A stretch of DNA of 64,000 bases from Octopus sinensis. Taxonomy: Eukaryota. The notes under the pieces were generated by a model. It made no database searches and was not told where the DNA came from. It worked only from the letters and a program-made list of their open reading frames with translations. Shown here piece by piece: positions 1-14,700 of the stretch; position 1 is the first letter of the stretch; every line of letters begins with the position of its first letter. The position numbers and the translations under genes were made by a program. Where the stretch lies: positions 15,004,001-15,068,000 of the forward strand of contig NC_042997.1 in the NCBI RefSeq assembly GCF_006345805.1. The letters run 5' to 3'.

Positions 1-360
1 TGTATGTATATATGTATGCATATATACATATCTATGTGTGTTTGTGTGTATATATATATGTATGTATGTGTGTGTATATATATATGTATGTATGTGTGTG
101 TATATGTGTGTGTGTGTATATATATATATGTATGTATGTGTGTGTATGTGTGTGTGTGTATATATATATATGTGTATACATGTGTATGTATATGTACATA
201 TGTATACATGTGTGTGTACATATATATGTATATATATATATATATGTACATATGTATACGTGTATGTATATATGCATATATAAGTATATATATGTGTTTA
301 TATATTTGTGCATATATATGTATATATATTTGTGTGTGTATGTATATATATATATGTGTC

Positions 361-396
<36 letters not shown>
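1..396. repeat. Compound (TA)n/(TG)n microsatellite, low-complexity tract
   Basis: Almost pure TA/TG dinucleotide alternation; explains the spurious Y/I/C/M/V-rich ORFs at 4-540. Confidence 0.97.
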
Positions 397-404
<8 letters not shown>

Positions 405-697
405 TACCTTTGGAGGTTTTTATTCCCATGCTGGCCACCTGATAAGATTGGTATTTAAATGTCGATCTTATCCTTATCTATCTATGTATGTATATATATA
501 TGTATATAAAATATCTCATAGCAAAAATTTATTTAAATAAATCATACGTAACCTTGCAATGTAGATTTAGTTTTAGCTATATAGATATATTAAATGTACT
601 ATTTATCATCAACTCTATAATCCTGATATATTTATGAATAAACTTAGTTTTATCATAAAAAGAAAATATTTCCTTTTCATTCTGTAGGACTAGAAAA

Positions 698-921
698 ATG
701 GCAGATTCAATGCCTTCTGATTTCAACGAGGATCAAGACAGTGCAAGTGGTTCGTTACCATGTGATCTACAAAAAGGTTATGCCATTGAAATCCTTTGTC
801 TCGACGGGAAAAGTGTTCCCGATCACTTCAAATGTCCTGTGTGCCATCTTATTTTTAGGGACCCAATTCAAAGAATGTGTGGTCATCGCTTTTGCAAAAA
901 TTGTTTTGAAGGATTACCTCA
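698..921 (+). CDS. TRAF2: TRAF2-like coding exon 1 (start codon, RING N-terminal part)
   Basis: MADSMP...CPVCHLIFRDPIQRMCGHRFCKNCFEGLP. Acceptor tctgtAG at 686-687 implies an upstream non-coding exon. Donor CA|GTAAGT at 922, phase 2. Confidence 0.93.
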
Positions 922-3900
922 GTAAGTATACTGGTTTTACTTTAATTTTATTTCAGTATTTTTTTTTTTTTTTCGCTTATGTTCAGCTCCTATGATACAC
1001 TAATACATTGTATCAAATACAATTCTTGTCATCAGCAAAAATAGAATCAATAGATTTTTATGCTTGTATTACAGTCATTTCTAATGATGTTATCAAGTAC
1101 TATACATTATGAAGTTTTTTATGCAGTGAAAAACTGCTGGAACTTGTATGACCAAAATCACAATGGTCTGAAATGTATTACAATCTCAGTCTAAATACAT
1201 TACATGTTGGTACCAAGTTCAAACTCTATGATTATCAGCTTTGACTTTCTTGCTGTGACCATCCTGTATTCTGTTTTGTAGGCATAGCATATCTTGGACA
1301 TTATCCACTATGATTTAAAGATAGTTAATGAGTTGAGGGTGATTTAACTACTGTTTCTACAAAACTGAACAGTTGTTCAGAAGCTCCCTCATTGTTGTGA
1401 TAAAATAAGTATTAATAATATACTTATGTCAATTCAGTTATGCATTCCATATTTATTTGTATATATGTACTTTTCCCCAGATTTTTTTACCTAAAATTTA
1501 GGATGTATGTATAGGATTTGTGAAGGCGCATGGCTCAGTGGTTAGAGCGTCGAGCTTACGATCGTGAGGTTGTGAGTTCAAATCCCAGATTGGGCTGCGT
1601 GTTGTTTTCTTGAGCAAGACACTTTATTTCACGTTGCTCTAGTTCACTCAGCTGTAGAAATGAGTTGCGACGTCACAGGTGCCAAGCTGTATCGGCCTTT
1701 GCCTTTCCCTTGGATAACACTGGTGGCGTGGTGAGGAGAGGCTGGTATGCATGGGCGACTGCTGGTCTTCTGTAAACAACTTTGCCCGGACTTGTGCCTG
1801 GGAGGGTAACTTTCTAGGTGCAATCCCATGGTCAGTCATGACTGAAGGGGGTCTCCGCAGCATACATAGGATTTATGTTACTACTTATTTTCCCAGTTCC
1901 ATATACAAAGCTATATTCAAGAGGCATAAGTTGTAACTTAATGTCCAATCCAAATTGTATAAAAAGGGAGTTTAAATCATTATAATAATGTTACATTTTT
2001 CTATGATAGTGGTAATGCATTAAAATGTTTATTATAAGTATACCTCTGTCACAGATCATATTGAACAAGGATATGTACTGTTAACTAACATCAGAATGAT
2101 TCAGAAGTATAATGTAAAACTGACACAGCAAAATGACAAAATGTACTGCTTTGTATATACTGCTATGTACCTTAGTTTGTATATACTCTACTATAAGAGC
2201 ATATGCTTCTTAAGGTTTTGTATTTCAATTACTTACTGTAATAGGTAGTAACACAAAGGTGTTCTAACCAGCTAGTCAATGTATTGTTTTACCTATATGC
2301 AATATATATTATTTAATGCTAAAATTGTTTGAAATATATGCAATTTATATTTAATATGTTGAAATTGTTTAAAATGCATACAATTTTTATAAAAACACTT
2401 CTTTTCATCGTATTAGGCCATTTTAGCACTGTGTTAGTATATATTGCATAATTAAAAATTTTTTTTGTTTTAAAATCCAAAGGCAATTTTGAAAAAAAAA
2501 TGCATAATAAACAAAGTAATGGATATTTTTTTTTTTTAATCTTTACTTAAATGTTTGTTCCGTCAGTACACAGTAAAATTATGTATAAACTCAACTACAC
2601 TGTCATTATCAAAAATCGGATTGATCTTCTCAGGGAAAAAAAAAAACGTGTTCATGTGATCTCCTTAATGTTGACTTTACAGCTGGTGCATTTTTACAGT
2701 TTACACTGGCAAAATTTAAAAGTCACTTTTGAAATTGCTTTTTGTTTTGAGATTTGTGAACATTTTCAATATATTTTGTACAGCAATTGTAATAAATCTG
2801 ACTCCTCCACCTCCCTGCCCCTGCTCAAGAAAAGTCACTGTATATACAAACGATTATTTTTCAGAGATTTCTTCGTTCATACTTCAAAGTGTGTATTAAC
2901 ATGTAAATATGGTAACCTCCCTCTTTGTTAATTAGCCTTGTGCATAAGGTTTAAGTTAATTCATTTTCATTAATTCCATGATTTCCATCCTATACAGTAG
3001 ATACCTAAGAATGTTATCACTAAACAGATTATAGTAGAAAATACTTGCCCAGAGTACCATGCAATGGAACTAAACTCAGAACCATGTGGTTGGGAAGCAA
3101 GCTTCTTACCGCACAACCACACCTATTTATTTATCTATTTTAACATTTGGGGAAATGCTGTTTTCACTTTATGAAACTGTAACAGACATTATTAATGGGA
3201 ATTTTTTCTTTTGCATTTCCTGTTTTCTCAAAATAGCTATAGATTATTCTTTCTGACTCAATATCTTGCTTTTGTCAGTTAATAAAACTACTCAAATGTT
3301 TTCTGTCCCTTCTCAGAAATGATACTTATAAGATTCCTAATGTTTTGAAATGTCTTACAGTGAAAATGGATGTGTAACTGAGTGATTTATTAGTTTATCA
3401 AGTGTGTTCTATCATAACCTCCGGATGAACTAAGCTTTGTGAATACAGTTTGGTAGTTAGATACTGTGCAGAAGCCCATGACATAGGCTTTACTTTAAAG
3501 GTAGCACTGTTGTGGCACATGAAGTTTCAGGGAATCAACTTCAACAGTAGGGGTTGGTAGTTCCAATAATGGAACAACTGGAACCCTCATTTGTTGAAAC
3601 TTGTGTGAATTAATAACAGAAATTCATTTTTTTTTTCCTCTAAGAATAATCTTGATAACAGAAGCCATTTGGCTGAAACTTAAACAGACTTAATAATTTT
3701 TGACAATATCTTCAGTATATGCTCAGTGCTGAGGTCAATGTAATCAACTAGCAAATTCATCCAAAATTTCAAGCCTTGTGCTTGTGGTCGAAGGAATTGC
3801 TGTGGTTGCTGTTATTATTATGACATAAGGTGGCAAGCTGGCAGAACTGCTAGTACACCATACGAAATGCTTTGCAACATTTTGTCCATCTTTACATTTT

Positions 3901-6900
3901 AAGTTCAAATTCCACCAAGGTCAACTTTGCTTTTCATCCTTTCAGAGTCAATGCAATTGACTTGTCCTCTCCCCGAAATTTCAGGCCTTGTGCCTATAGT
4001 AGAAAGGATTATTATTATCATATTGTGTTTGGCTTCAGTTATACTAACCAGAAGCTGAGATACTGAAAAAAACAAGTTGGTGCCATTAAATTGTATGTGA
4101 AGAATGGTTTGCTTGTGATTGGGCAGGAAAGAGAATTCTTTGGAGAATGTTAACATATTAATAGCAGTAGAGATACTCAAATCATTAGTATTAATATAGT
4201 GTGTTCTTGTCTAATGATCTTTCCTGAGATATTTTGGGTGCATTTCCTGTAAAGGTTACTGTTGTACAGAAAACTTTGTATAATCAAAACCTTCCTTAAG
4301 GTAAATGCAGTTTCTTCAAAGAATAAAATTGGTTTGAATGCAAAATATGAAAACTTATTGATGAGACAGAAATTCCTTTTAGTAGATGATGCTGATTTTT
4401 TTAATAGTCTTGTCTCTTAATATTTTTCCCCCTTTGAATTCTAATGCAGGAAAATAAAAGAGGCAGTTGCATTTAGAAAAGTTCTGTTTTAATGATATTA
4501 ATTGTCTTATAATAATTGAGTTGAAATGAGCTATAACTAAAGGTTGGCACTATTAATTGAAAAGTTAGCTTCTTTAATCCATTAATCAAAAAGTTAACTT
4601 CGATAATTGTTAATCAGTTAATTCTCTAAAAATGTAACAGAATTTTATGATAAACTGTTAATATTAATTTTTATTATAGAAAAAAAAAACATAAAATCAG
4701 TTTTTGCTCCAAAACCACTTAAAGACTTCTTTAAAATGTACCAAAACAGTAAAATCCGTTAACTTCAATTGAATTGAAGTTAATGGAAGTTAACTCAAGT
4801 TAGTCCTATAATGATTTCCAAAGTTAACTTAAAAGTTAAATTGTTAATAAAATGTTAACTTCATTAATTAACAATTAACAGGTTAATGGTTTGGCTATAA
4901 CATATACTATTATATCAGTCTTTGAAAAGCATGAAGATTTGCATGCTTTACTGATAAATTCTCGAGACAAGATATATTATTCACCTTTACATATGGTTTT
5001 TCATTATATCTAGCCATATCACCATGTAATGGTGAAAAAAATTGCTTTATCCTAATAACAAACAAGAATCTATGGAAGAACTTGTATGCAGTTCCACTTG
5101 TTGGTAATAGCAGTAAAAAAAATCTTCAAATCATACCTTAAATAAAGGAAAGCTACACTGGATAATATTTGTACATACCTAAAAGGACATAATGGCCTTA
5201 GTTCAACTGCATTTGACCATAGATATTCTTGATCAGGCAAGAACAAAATAGTGAAGTTGTCATATTATATTGTATGCATGTGTATGTGGCTCAGATAGGC
5301 TATAACTATTGGAAATTTTTAATGATGATCTATGAACTCAGTATGTCCTATATAATCTATATTTTAGCCATTTGAATCTAATGTAGACTAGTAATTATTG
5401 TTGTTTGACCCCAGGTCAACCCTGATTGAGCAAACTAATAATTGAATGTAAAAGAAAAACATATACTTTATGTAGAAATACATTCTTTTATACTTTTACT
5501 TGTTTCAGTCATTTGACTGTGGTCATGCTGGAGCACTGTCTTTTATCAAAGAAATCAACCCCATGACCTTTTTCTTTGTAAACCTAGTACTTATTCTATT
5601 GGTCTCTTTTGCCAAACCGCTAAGTTTCAAGGATGTAAGCACATCAGTTGTCAAGTGATCGTGAGGGTACACACACATACAATGGGCTTCTTTCAGTTTC
5701 TGTCTACCAAATCCACTTACAAAGCTTTGGTTAGCTTGAGGCTATAGTAGAAGACATTTACCCAAGGTGCCATGCAGTGAAATTAAACCCAGAACCATGT
5801 GGTTGGGAAGCAAGCTTCTTACCACACAGCCATATGTTTGTTTTTTCTTTCTTTCTTTCCAAGACAGTAGGGTCTGAGTCAAAAGAGACTTTGCTATTTT
5901 ATCTAACAAATAGAACAACTGCATGTAGGCCATTATGTGCTTATTTTATTATAGAGCAGAAATACTACAGCAGCTTTGATGCAAACATGACTGCAAGGTT
6001 AGGACTTAGATTCACAAATATGGTTTTGGGTTTGATGCCACTGCTTAGCACCTTGTAGTGTTTTCAGTGAAAAATGGTAGATGAAATAGTAAAGGATAAA
6101 AAGTTTTGAATGGTACAACAATGCACTGTAATACAAACAATGGGCTATATACCTGTTGTAATTTAGTCATCCATAATCTGATATATTTCGGAATAATATG
6201 CCTTCTTCAGATATTCTTAGATGGAGTCGCTGCTATAATCGGTTTTCTAATGGCTTTAATCTTTGGTCCTTGCAGTGGTAACTCCTTGCTCACTTATTCA
6301 AATAGAATTCCACTGGAGTGACCATTTTAGTTTAAATGGTAGGCTTAATATACCACCCATTTTAACACTATCACCTGATCCCTGGGTGCCTTTAGTAGAG
6401 TCCAATTTATTGCAAGCATCCAAACCTGGTTTCTGGTCTGAGGAGAACTTCTTCCCTTCCTCCTCCTGGTTTACACATTAAAAATAAAAGAAAAAAGAAA
6501 AAAAACATCACAAATCATTAAAAAGCAATTATCTACTTTCAATCCAGCCAGTGTTGAATATGGTTGAATTTGTTTCTTTGAACTGTTATCTGGTTGCTTG
6601 ACCTATTAGAAATAATAACTAAATCTCTCTCAAATCACACCATCTCTAAATAAAAAGAAGACATTGAATAATGTAGTCTTCGATAATTCTCTGAAGACAG
6701 GATTATACTGGCTAGAGTGCCTTTGATTATATTATTATTATCTAGTTGTGTATAATGTTAGAAATTTAATGCAAAACACCACAGTGAAAATTGTAGGGGT
6801 AGCATTGTACTTTGATGTTTAAAACAAAATGGCAGGCTAAAACATATTACTGCTTTATATATATTGGGTCCTTCCATAAATAATGCAGTTTTTTCAATTG

Positions 6901-7306
6901 CATGAACTAAAAGTCGAAAGGGAACAGGATAAACTACCTGCATCAACTTGCTATAAAAGCAGGTAGTAATTTTACCTTGTACTTATTCCTAGTGCAAGTT
7001 TTGAAGAGTGCAGTTCAATTTTTAAGTTATTCTTTCAAAGCTATAGTGGAAGTGACAAAGGAGTATATACAGCGTATGTTCTTTCATGAGTTCAATAAAG
7101 ATAACCCTGCAATGGAAAGTGCAAGGAATATTAATGCAGTATAGGTGCAGGAGTGGCTGTGTGGTAAGTAGCTTGCTAACCAACCACATGCTTCCTGGTT
7201 CAGTCCCACTGCGTGGCATCTTGGGCAAGTGTCTTCTGCTATACCCTCGGGCCGACCAATGCCTTGTGAGTGGATTTGGTAGACGGAAACTGAAAGAAGC
7301 CTGTCG

Positions 7307-7359
<53 letters not shown>

Positions 7360-8696
7360 GTGTGTATGTGTGTGTATATGTTTGTGTGTCTGTGTTTGTC
7401 CCTCTAGCATTGCTTGACAACTGATGCTGGTGTGTCTACGTCCCCGCCACTTAGCGGTTCGGCAAAAGAGACCGATAGAATAAGTACTGGGCTTACAAAG
7501 AATAAGTCCCGGGGTCGATTTGCTCGATTAAAGACGGTGCTCCAGCATGGCCGCAGTCAAATGACTGAAACAAGTAAACGAGTATATGGGGATTGGATAA
7601 TAAACATAAGCCAGTGTCAATGGTGGCTCCAGAAATTCCAAGCCAGAAACTACAGCCTAGAAGACAAGCCTTGTCTTAGAAGATCTGTAGAGCTTGACAA
7701 GGAAATCCTGCAAACCCTGGTGGAACAAAATCCCATTGTAACTGTTGAGAAACTAGCAGACAAACTTGGATTTAGTCACTCGGCTTTTCATCAAAGCCTG
7801 CATGCCATCGGAAAAGTCAGGAAATTGGGTCAATGGGTTCCTCACAAAGTTTCCGAGTCTAATTCATGCAGAGAGTGAATGTGTGCTCTTCGTTGCTGTC
7901 ACGAATGAACCGAATAGTGACTGGTGACAAGAAATGGGTTCTCTATAAAAATGTCAAGTGCCAAAGACAGTGGGTAGGGAAAGAAGACACACCAGCACCC
8001 AAGGCTAAAGAAGGTCTTCACCTATGTAAGGTGTTATCTGTTTGGTGGGATATGGAAGGTTTAATCCACTTTGGGCAGCTTAATTAAGTCAGTGCTAGAA
8101 GAAAAACTACCATCTTTGCTTTCAAAATGAAAGGTTCTTCCATCAGGATAATGCTCAGCCACATACAGTGAGAATGTCATTCCAAAGGCTGGAGCAGTTT
8201 GAATGGGAAACAATGCCCCATGCACCATATTCACCGAACATTGTCCCATCTGATTATCATTTATTCTGCACTCTTCAAAATTACTTGGACGGAAAAAATA
8301 TGAATTCTGTAGAAGAGGTCAGAGCAGTACTGGACAAGTGAATTTTGGAAGAGGGACCTTGCAAGTCAACCAGATAGATGGAAGATCATTGGAGAAGAGT
8401 ATATTTTAGATTTAAAAAGAACTTTATCTTAATTTTGAAAGATAAAAGAAGTATAAAACTACCACATTATTTATGGGATGATGTGTGTGTATATATATTA
8501 TATATATATATATGCTATGTAAAAGGTACCCATGCTAGTGCCCCACACAAAGCCCCATAAAAAGTACTCTGTAAAGTGACTGGCTTTAGGAAGGACATCC
8601 AGACACGGAAACCATACCAAAACAGATGATTGGAGCTTGGTGCAGTAAACTGTTCAATCCATGTCAGCATGGTAGACAGATGTTAAATAATGCTGA

Positions 8697-8737
<41 letters not shown>

Positions 8738-11700
8738 TTTTTACTCTTTTACTTGTTTCAGTCATTTGACTGCGGCCATGCTGGAGCACTACCTTTAGTC
8801 GAGCAAATCGACCCCAGGACTTATTCTTTGGAAGCCTAGTACTTATTCTATCGGGCACTTTTGCCGAACCGCTAAGTTACGGGGATGTAAACACACCACC
8901 ATCGGTTGTCAAGCGATGTTGGGGGGGGGGGGACAAACACAGACACACAAACATATACACGCATACATATATATGACGGGCTTCTTTCAGTTTCCGTCTA
9001 CCAAATCCACTCACAAGGCTTTGGTCGGCCTGAGGCGATAGAAGAAGACACTTGCCCAAGGTGCCACGCAGTGGGAATGAACCCGGAACTATGTCGTTGG
9101 TAAGTAAGCTACTTACCACACACCCACTCTTGTGCTTAGCTACTTAACCATACAGCCACTCCTATATATAGATATATATATATAAACAGAATGAAGCACA
9201 TTGTTAGAGATTACATATGTTAAGTTTGGTTGATTAGTGCTGAACCAGGACTAAACAACTTACTAGCTGAAACTAATCTGTGTTATGCATAGTCATTTAA
9301 AATGGATGTCGGAACATTTTCTGGTAGCTTATTTTGTTGGATGGCAAATTAGGCTGTTGTGAATGAAATAAGTTTCATATAAATTGCTTTCTTGGTCATG
9401 TGATTACTTTTCTAAGGGAAATACCAAAGAGAATCTCATTTGTGTGTTTTTATATTCAGCTTTGGGAGTGAACAATAGAGCAAAATAATTAAATTGGCAT
9501 TTACTGAGTTGGGGAATAAGCAGTAATGTTTTTCAGAGGCTAGCATCATACACATATTATTTGTATGGCAGAAACTGGAAAGCAACAACATTTTATTTAC
9601 CCTGTGAAGTTTTGCTACTAATTAACGATTTAAAGCAATCTATTTAATTGTTATAATTATTAACAATAAAGCTGAAATAGTCCAGTGAAGAACTATTTAA
9701 TCTGAAAGTCTTAGGATACTCTTTTCGGTACTTGTCTTAAAGCAAAATCCTAAAGGATCCTCAACACTAGGCCACTTAGCAGTCATCTGTAACTTGTGAT
9801 GCTAATTACACTTTATGTTGCAATATCATACTGCTTGATTAGTTTTCTCCTTATCATAATCACTGGCGAGCCAGAGGACTTGTGCCAAACTCCAATGTTC
9901 TGGTTTGGCATGGTTTTTGTGACTGGATGTCTTTCCTAATGCCAAAGCTAATGAAATACTTTTTATGTGTTAGGTTTGTTGATATAAAGCAATGATGATG
10001 TAGTCGAAGATTTGAAGACTAAAGTTGGGTAATCAAAAAGTGTGTGGAAGCTCATCTGATAAACTGTACCACCTGCTCTTAGTGGTAGACCTAATCTTTT
10101 AGCTGGTTATCATCACTACCTGGTTCGTGGATACCTTTAATGGAGTTTATTGTTGTAACCATTTCAGCTGAGTTTTTCCGACTTAAATTAACTCAAAGTT
10201 TGCAACAACACATGATTGATTGATTCTAGTTTCAGCTCATGAGTTGTGGCCATGCTAGGGCACTGCCATTTGGTGTTGCTACATGGTTTTACTTCACGAA
10301 TGCTTTTTAGCAACTGCCATTTGGTGCATGAGAGAGTTCGATGCAGCTGCCCTCATCTGCACCTCCTGCCGTGAAGTTGGTTCATCTGGGATACCTGGGA
10401 TTTCTTTGGTTATTTTTCTTGGTGGCTCTATAACACTCAGAGATGTTGGCCTTATTTCTCAAAGCCATACATAAAAAAAATATACAATATTAGTGGCTTA
10501 AGTATCTTACCTAGAAGATCTTTCAAATAGGTGATCTAAAGTTATTTTCATTACTTTTCTTTTCATTATCATATTAAAATATAAATTTCAATGGATTTTA
10601 ATTGTTCTTTACAAAAAAAAGTATCAACTGCTGCAAATATTGATTCAGTAGTTAAAAAACTAATAGTTTTAATTTCAGTTTTATTTAGTATGACAAATTA
10701 TAAATATTGATAGTGATGTTAGAGGAGAGACCATTGTTTATGATAAAGTCTGTTAATAAAAGTAAATGTGTCAATGAAATAACTGACAGGTGTTTTTTTT
10801 ATTTTTATGATAGCTTTGTGAAAGTGATGAAAAATAATTCCTGGTAGAAAAGAATGGTATAAATATTTTAGCTTGTGGTAGAAGTAAATTTTAAGTGATT
10901 AAGGTGTGGCTATTGATCTTTATTTCTTTCTCTATTCAATTTTCAAGACTTAGTTGAGGGATTTTTATTTCCTAATTGCTGAATAAAGGCATATCAAACT
11001 TAATATTTTAATGAAGCATGATTACCATGTAATCTGATATTTTGCCACAGGCCTTTTTCTTAAAAAGTTAACTCCATCTTAACTATCTGAAATAATGTCA
11101 TTTAAACCAGCCATATCTGGCTCAGCTATTTGACCTGTTTTATGTTCAAACTGGCCAGACCTGGCCTTTTATACCTACCCATTCTAAAAATATAGCATCA
11201 CAAAATGTAATACATGATTAATTCAAAACAATGTGAATAAATATTTCATTTGACATAGTAATCTGAGTGCTAAAGGGTTAAGCCAAATTTTCCTACACTT
11301 CCTTTGTTTTGGGATTAAATTTCATCAATTAAGAATTGATTATATATAATAATAATGAAATTATTGTGTATAGTGCTCAGGTGCACTACAACTCATCAAA
11401 GGTGCATGTACAGTACATAGAATTATGTACAAAAGTCAGGAAAGTGAACAGTGTATGAGTCATGATGTGCATGTGTACGGAAGGGGGATATCAGGTGTAG
11501 TGTTGGCGAATTTCAGGAAGCATGGAGGTTTTAAAGAATGCAATGTCTTATTTCTTTACTGCCCACAAGGGGCTACACAAAGAGGGGGCAAACAAGGATT
11601 AAGTCGATTATATCGACCCCAGTGCGTAACTGGTACTTATTTAATCGACCCCAAAAGGATGAAAGGCAAATTTGACCTCAGCGGAATTTGAACTCAGAAT

Positions 11701-14700
11701 GTAGCAGCAGACGAAATACCACTGAGCATTTCGCCTGGTGTGCAAACGTTTTTGCCAGCTCGCAGCATTGCATCCTTTTAAAGGATGAAATGTTTTGGCA
11801 ACTAACAACTGATGCAGGTAGTTTGTTCCATGCTTCAGCAACTCTGAGTGTGAAAAAATGTTTCCAAATGTCATGGGGTCTATGCTGTTTACTGACTTTG
11901 TAGGCATGCCCATGTGTGTTAGACACATGGTACTCAAGGTGATTGTTGGTACGATGGTTAATAATTTTGTGAGTGTTTACCAAGTCAGTTGCCAGACATT
12001 GGAGCTTCAATGTATTTATACCCAGGGAAGCAAGGCGTTCAGAGTATGGTAGATGCCTGATGGAGTTTATTCACTTGGTTGCACGTGTCTGAACAGTTTC
12101 TGGGAGGTCAGTGTCCTGAGCAAGGTAACAGTTTCAGACTGGTGATGCAAATTCCAAGTGTGGCCGTGCCATAGCCATATACAGCCCTAAATAGATAGCT
12201 GGAGAGCAGCTGACAAAAGACTTGCTGAGTGATGCCAAGACACCTCGGCCTTCTTGACAATTTTAGAGATGTGCTTTGTCCAGCGCAAATCGCTGCTGAC
12301 AGTAATTCCCAGGTCACATTCACAGGAAGACTTCTTGATAGGAGTGTTGTGGACACTGGGCTCAAATGCAAGGAATCTTGCATTAAGATGAATGTTGTCT
12401 TTGTACAAGTTTTATCTCCTTAAAGAAAACAATTTCCATGCAGTTACTGAACTTGTTTGAAATGACATCCAAATTACTGTCTTAAAGAAAAGACTGTGAT
12501 GAAATCTCCAAGAAACAGAATTTGTTGGGGTTTAGTAGTTATCTTTGTCATTTACATTATTAGTCTTTGGAACAAACATCTTACAAAAATTAGGACTGAA
12601 GGTTTTAATGCAAATCCAAGCACTTGTGTATCAGAACTAGAGGAATATGTGATTTTATAAATCGGGATCAGAAGCTATTTCCCCTCCTTAATCTGAAGCA
12701 CAGATCATATTGGCAATTGATTATTGGGTTTATTCTGTTTTTGTTATTTTAAAATATTAAGTCCGAATGTCTTGTTCTACTACAACAGAAAATATTTTTC
12801 TCTCTAGAACTTAATTTAATTTTCTATCTTCTGAAGTGGAATAATAAATCGATATAATATTATTTTTGCTCACAAGGAAGCATATAATCCCACAGTATCC
12901 ATCTACTAAAAGAGAGGAAAACTTACGTTTTCTGAATCAGCTTTCTCTCCTATGATTATGCTGACTATATCCCACTTTACCATTACTATATTTTCAAATC
13001 TGTAAACCTCTGGAAAGTCCTAACTTTTTTTATAGGTAATATATACTCAGTCATTCATTAGTGTTGCAAATAAATGTTTTTCTTGTTAAGAACCATTTCT
13101 GTATGTGTAATATTTAACCCTTTCGTTACTGAATTTTTTTTGAGATGCTCAGTGTTTCTTCCAATTATTTTAAATATAACAAAGAATTAAGTAAAATAAC
13201 ATCGTTATCATTAAGCTAGAGTTAGGGACATAAATTGTGACTAAGGTTTGGTGGAAGGTTTTAATTCTGAACTTTTGAAAACCAGACATATGTACTAAAG
13301 AGCCAGAGCCGGTTTCAGCCGGGTTGGTAACGAAAGGGTTAAGGTCTTTGATGGTCTACAAAATTTAATAAGTGCAAACTAAGATCATAAGTGCACTTGT
13401 TCATTTGTTGTTACTTAGCTCCAAGTTACTCGGATTGAATGAGATCGAACTTTTGGTTAAAGATATTCCTGTTGTTTTATAATAGTTTTCCCTCCTATCT
13501 ATTAAAGAAAGCATATTCACACACACACACATATACATACAAGGGGAACTTTAACCTACCAAATTCAATCACACGGCTTCAGTCAGCTTGAGGCTATAGC
13601 AGAAAACACTTGCTCAATCTAAACTCCATTAATGTGTATCCTTGCCTTACAACAAGGGAGCATGATTTAAGGGAGATTTAGTTGCCTATATTTGGTAGGC
13701 AGCCAATAATAGTATCTTTTGTTAAGTCCTACTTGCCTAATTGTGTTTTAAATGAAGTATAATCAGTAAACAAATTAAAGTGAAATTAAAATAAGCTTAT
13801 CTTTCCAGGAAACTAACATTAAAATTCATAGAAGTCACATGAGATCATAAATGTACTTAGTCATTTGTTATTTTGTTTGAGGTCAGCCCTGATCAAACAG
13901 ACCTAGCTGTGGTTAGGTCTGTTTGGTCAAAGATATTTATTCTCAGTTGATTCATCTAAATTATTGAAATTCATCATTAGAAATGGTATCCTCTTATGAA
14001 TGATAACAGGTTTCTGTTCTGGCATCATTTACATATGATATAACTGTACAAAGTGAATGCCAAGATAAAAATAAATGGAAATGATAAGTCCTTGTCTTTG
14101 TTACTAACAACTTGCTTAAACTAAACAAGTAATATAATAGTATTTTTATTAAGCATGAATCTGCAGTTATTGACTAATGAAATGAAAAATTGTATTAATG
14201 CCTTTTGCTACTGAATAAGTAATATTAATTAGACATATAATGATACAACACCCATTGACAGCAATGAAGAGAGTTTGAAAGGTTGGCACAGTAAGGGGCA
14301 GCTAGCCATAAAACCTTTTGCTCTAATTACATAGATACTATGCATGATGTCTCTAATACTGACTTAACTTACGATAGTATAATACACACTTGGAGTATTG
14401 TCAAATTTAACAAAACTAATTTTAACTTGTGCCAGCTGGGGAAGCCCTATGCAGTTGTCCAACTTGCTAGATATAGTAAAATATTCTGAAATATATCCTA
14501 CTGTATTAAAGAAAGCACACACTGGACAGTGTTGTTTCTGATATTAAAAACCCAGAAAGGGTTACAGCTGGAGTGTTTTAGTTAAACATCCAAGCAAGCA
14601 AGCTTGGGGCTAAACAACAAAATCAATCATTTTGCTTTTATTCTCCTTGCTTGCATGGGTTGGACTGTTCAACACTAAGTTGATTTTTATTTAGAGTTAT

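Noticed and set aside
4-540. Long ORFs (178 aa, 128 aa)
   Set aside because: These are translations of a TA/TG microsatellite.
1522-1595. tRNA-like sequence with A and B boxes (also at 27478, 47071, 58843)
   Set aside because: These are SINE heads: no intact cloverleaf, and they continue into SINE bodies with TSDs.
7414-7878. 154-aa ORF joining SINE tail sequence to a mariner HTH domain
   Set aside because: Chance read-through from the SINE into a broken transposase, with no ATG at the start and frameshifts downstream. Not a domesticated gene.
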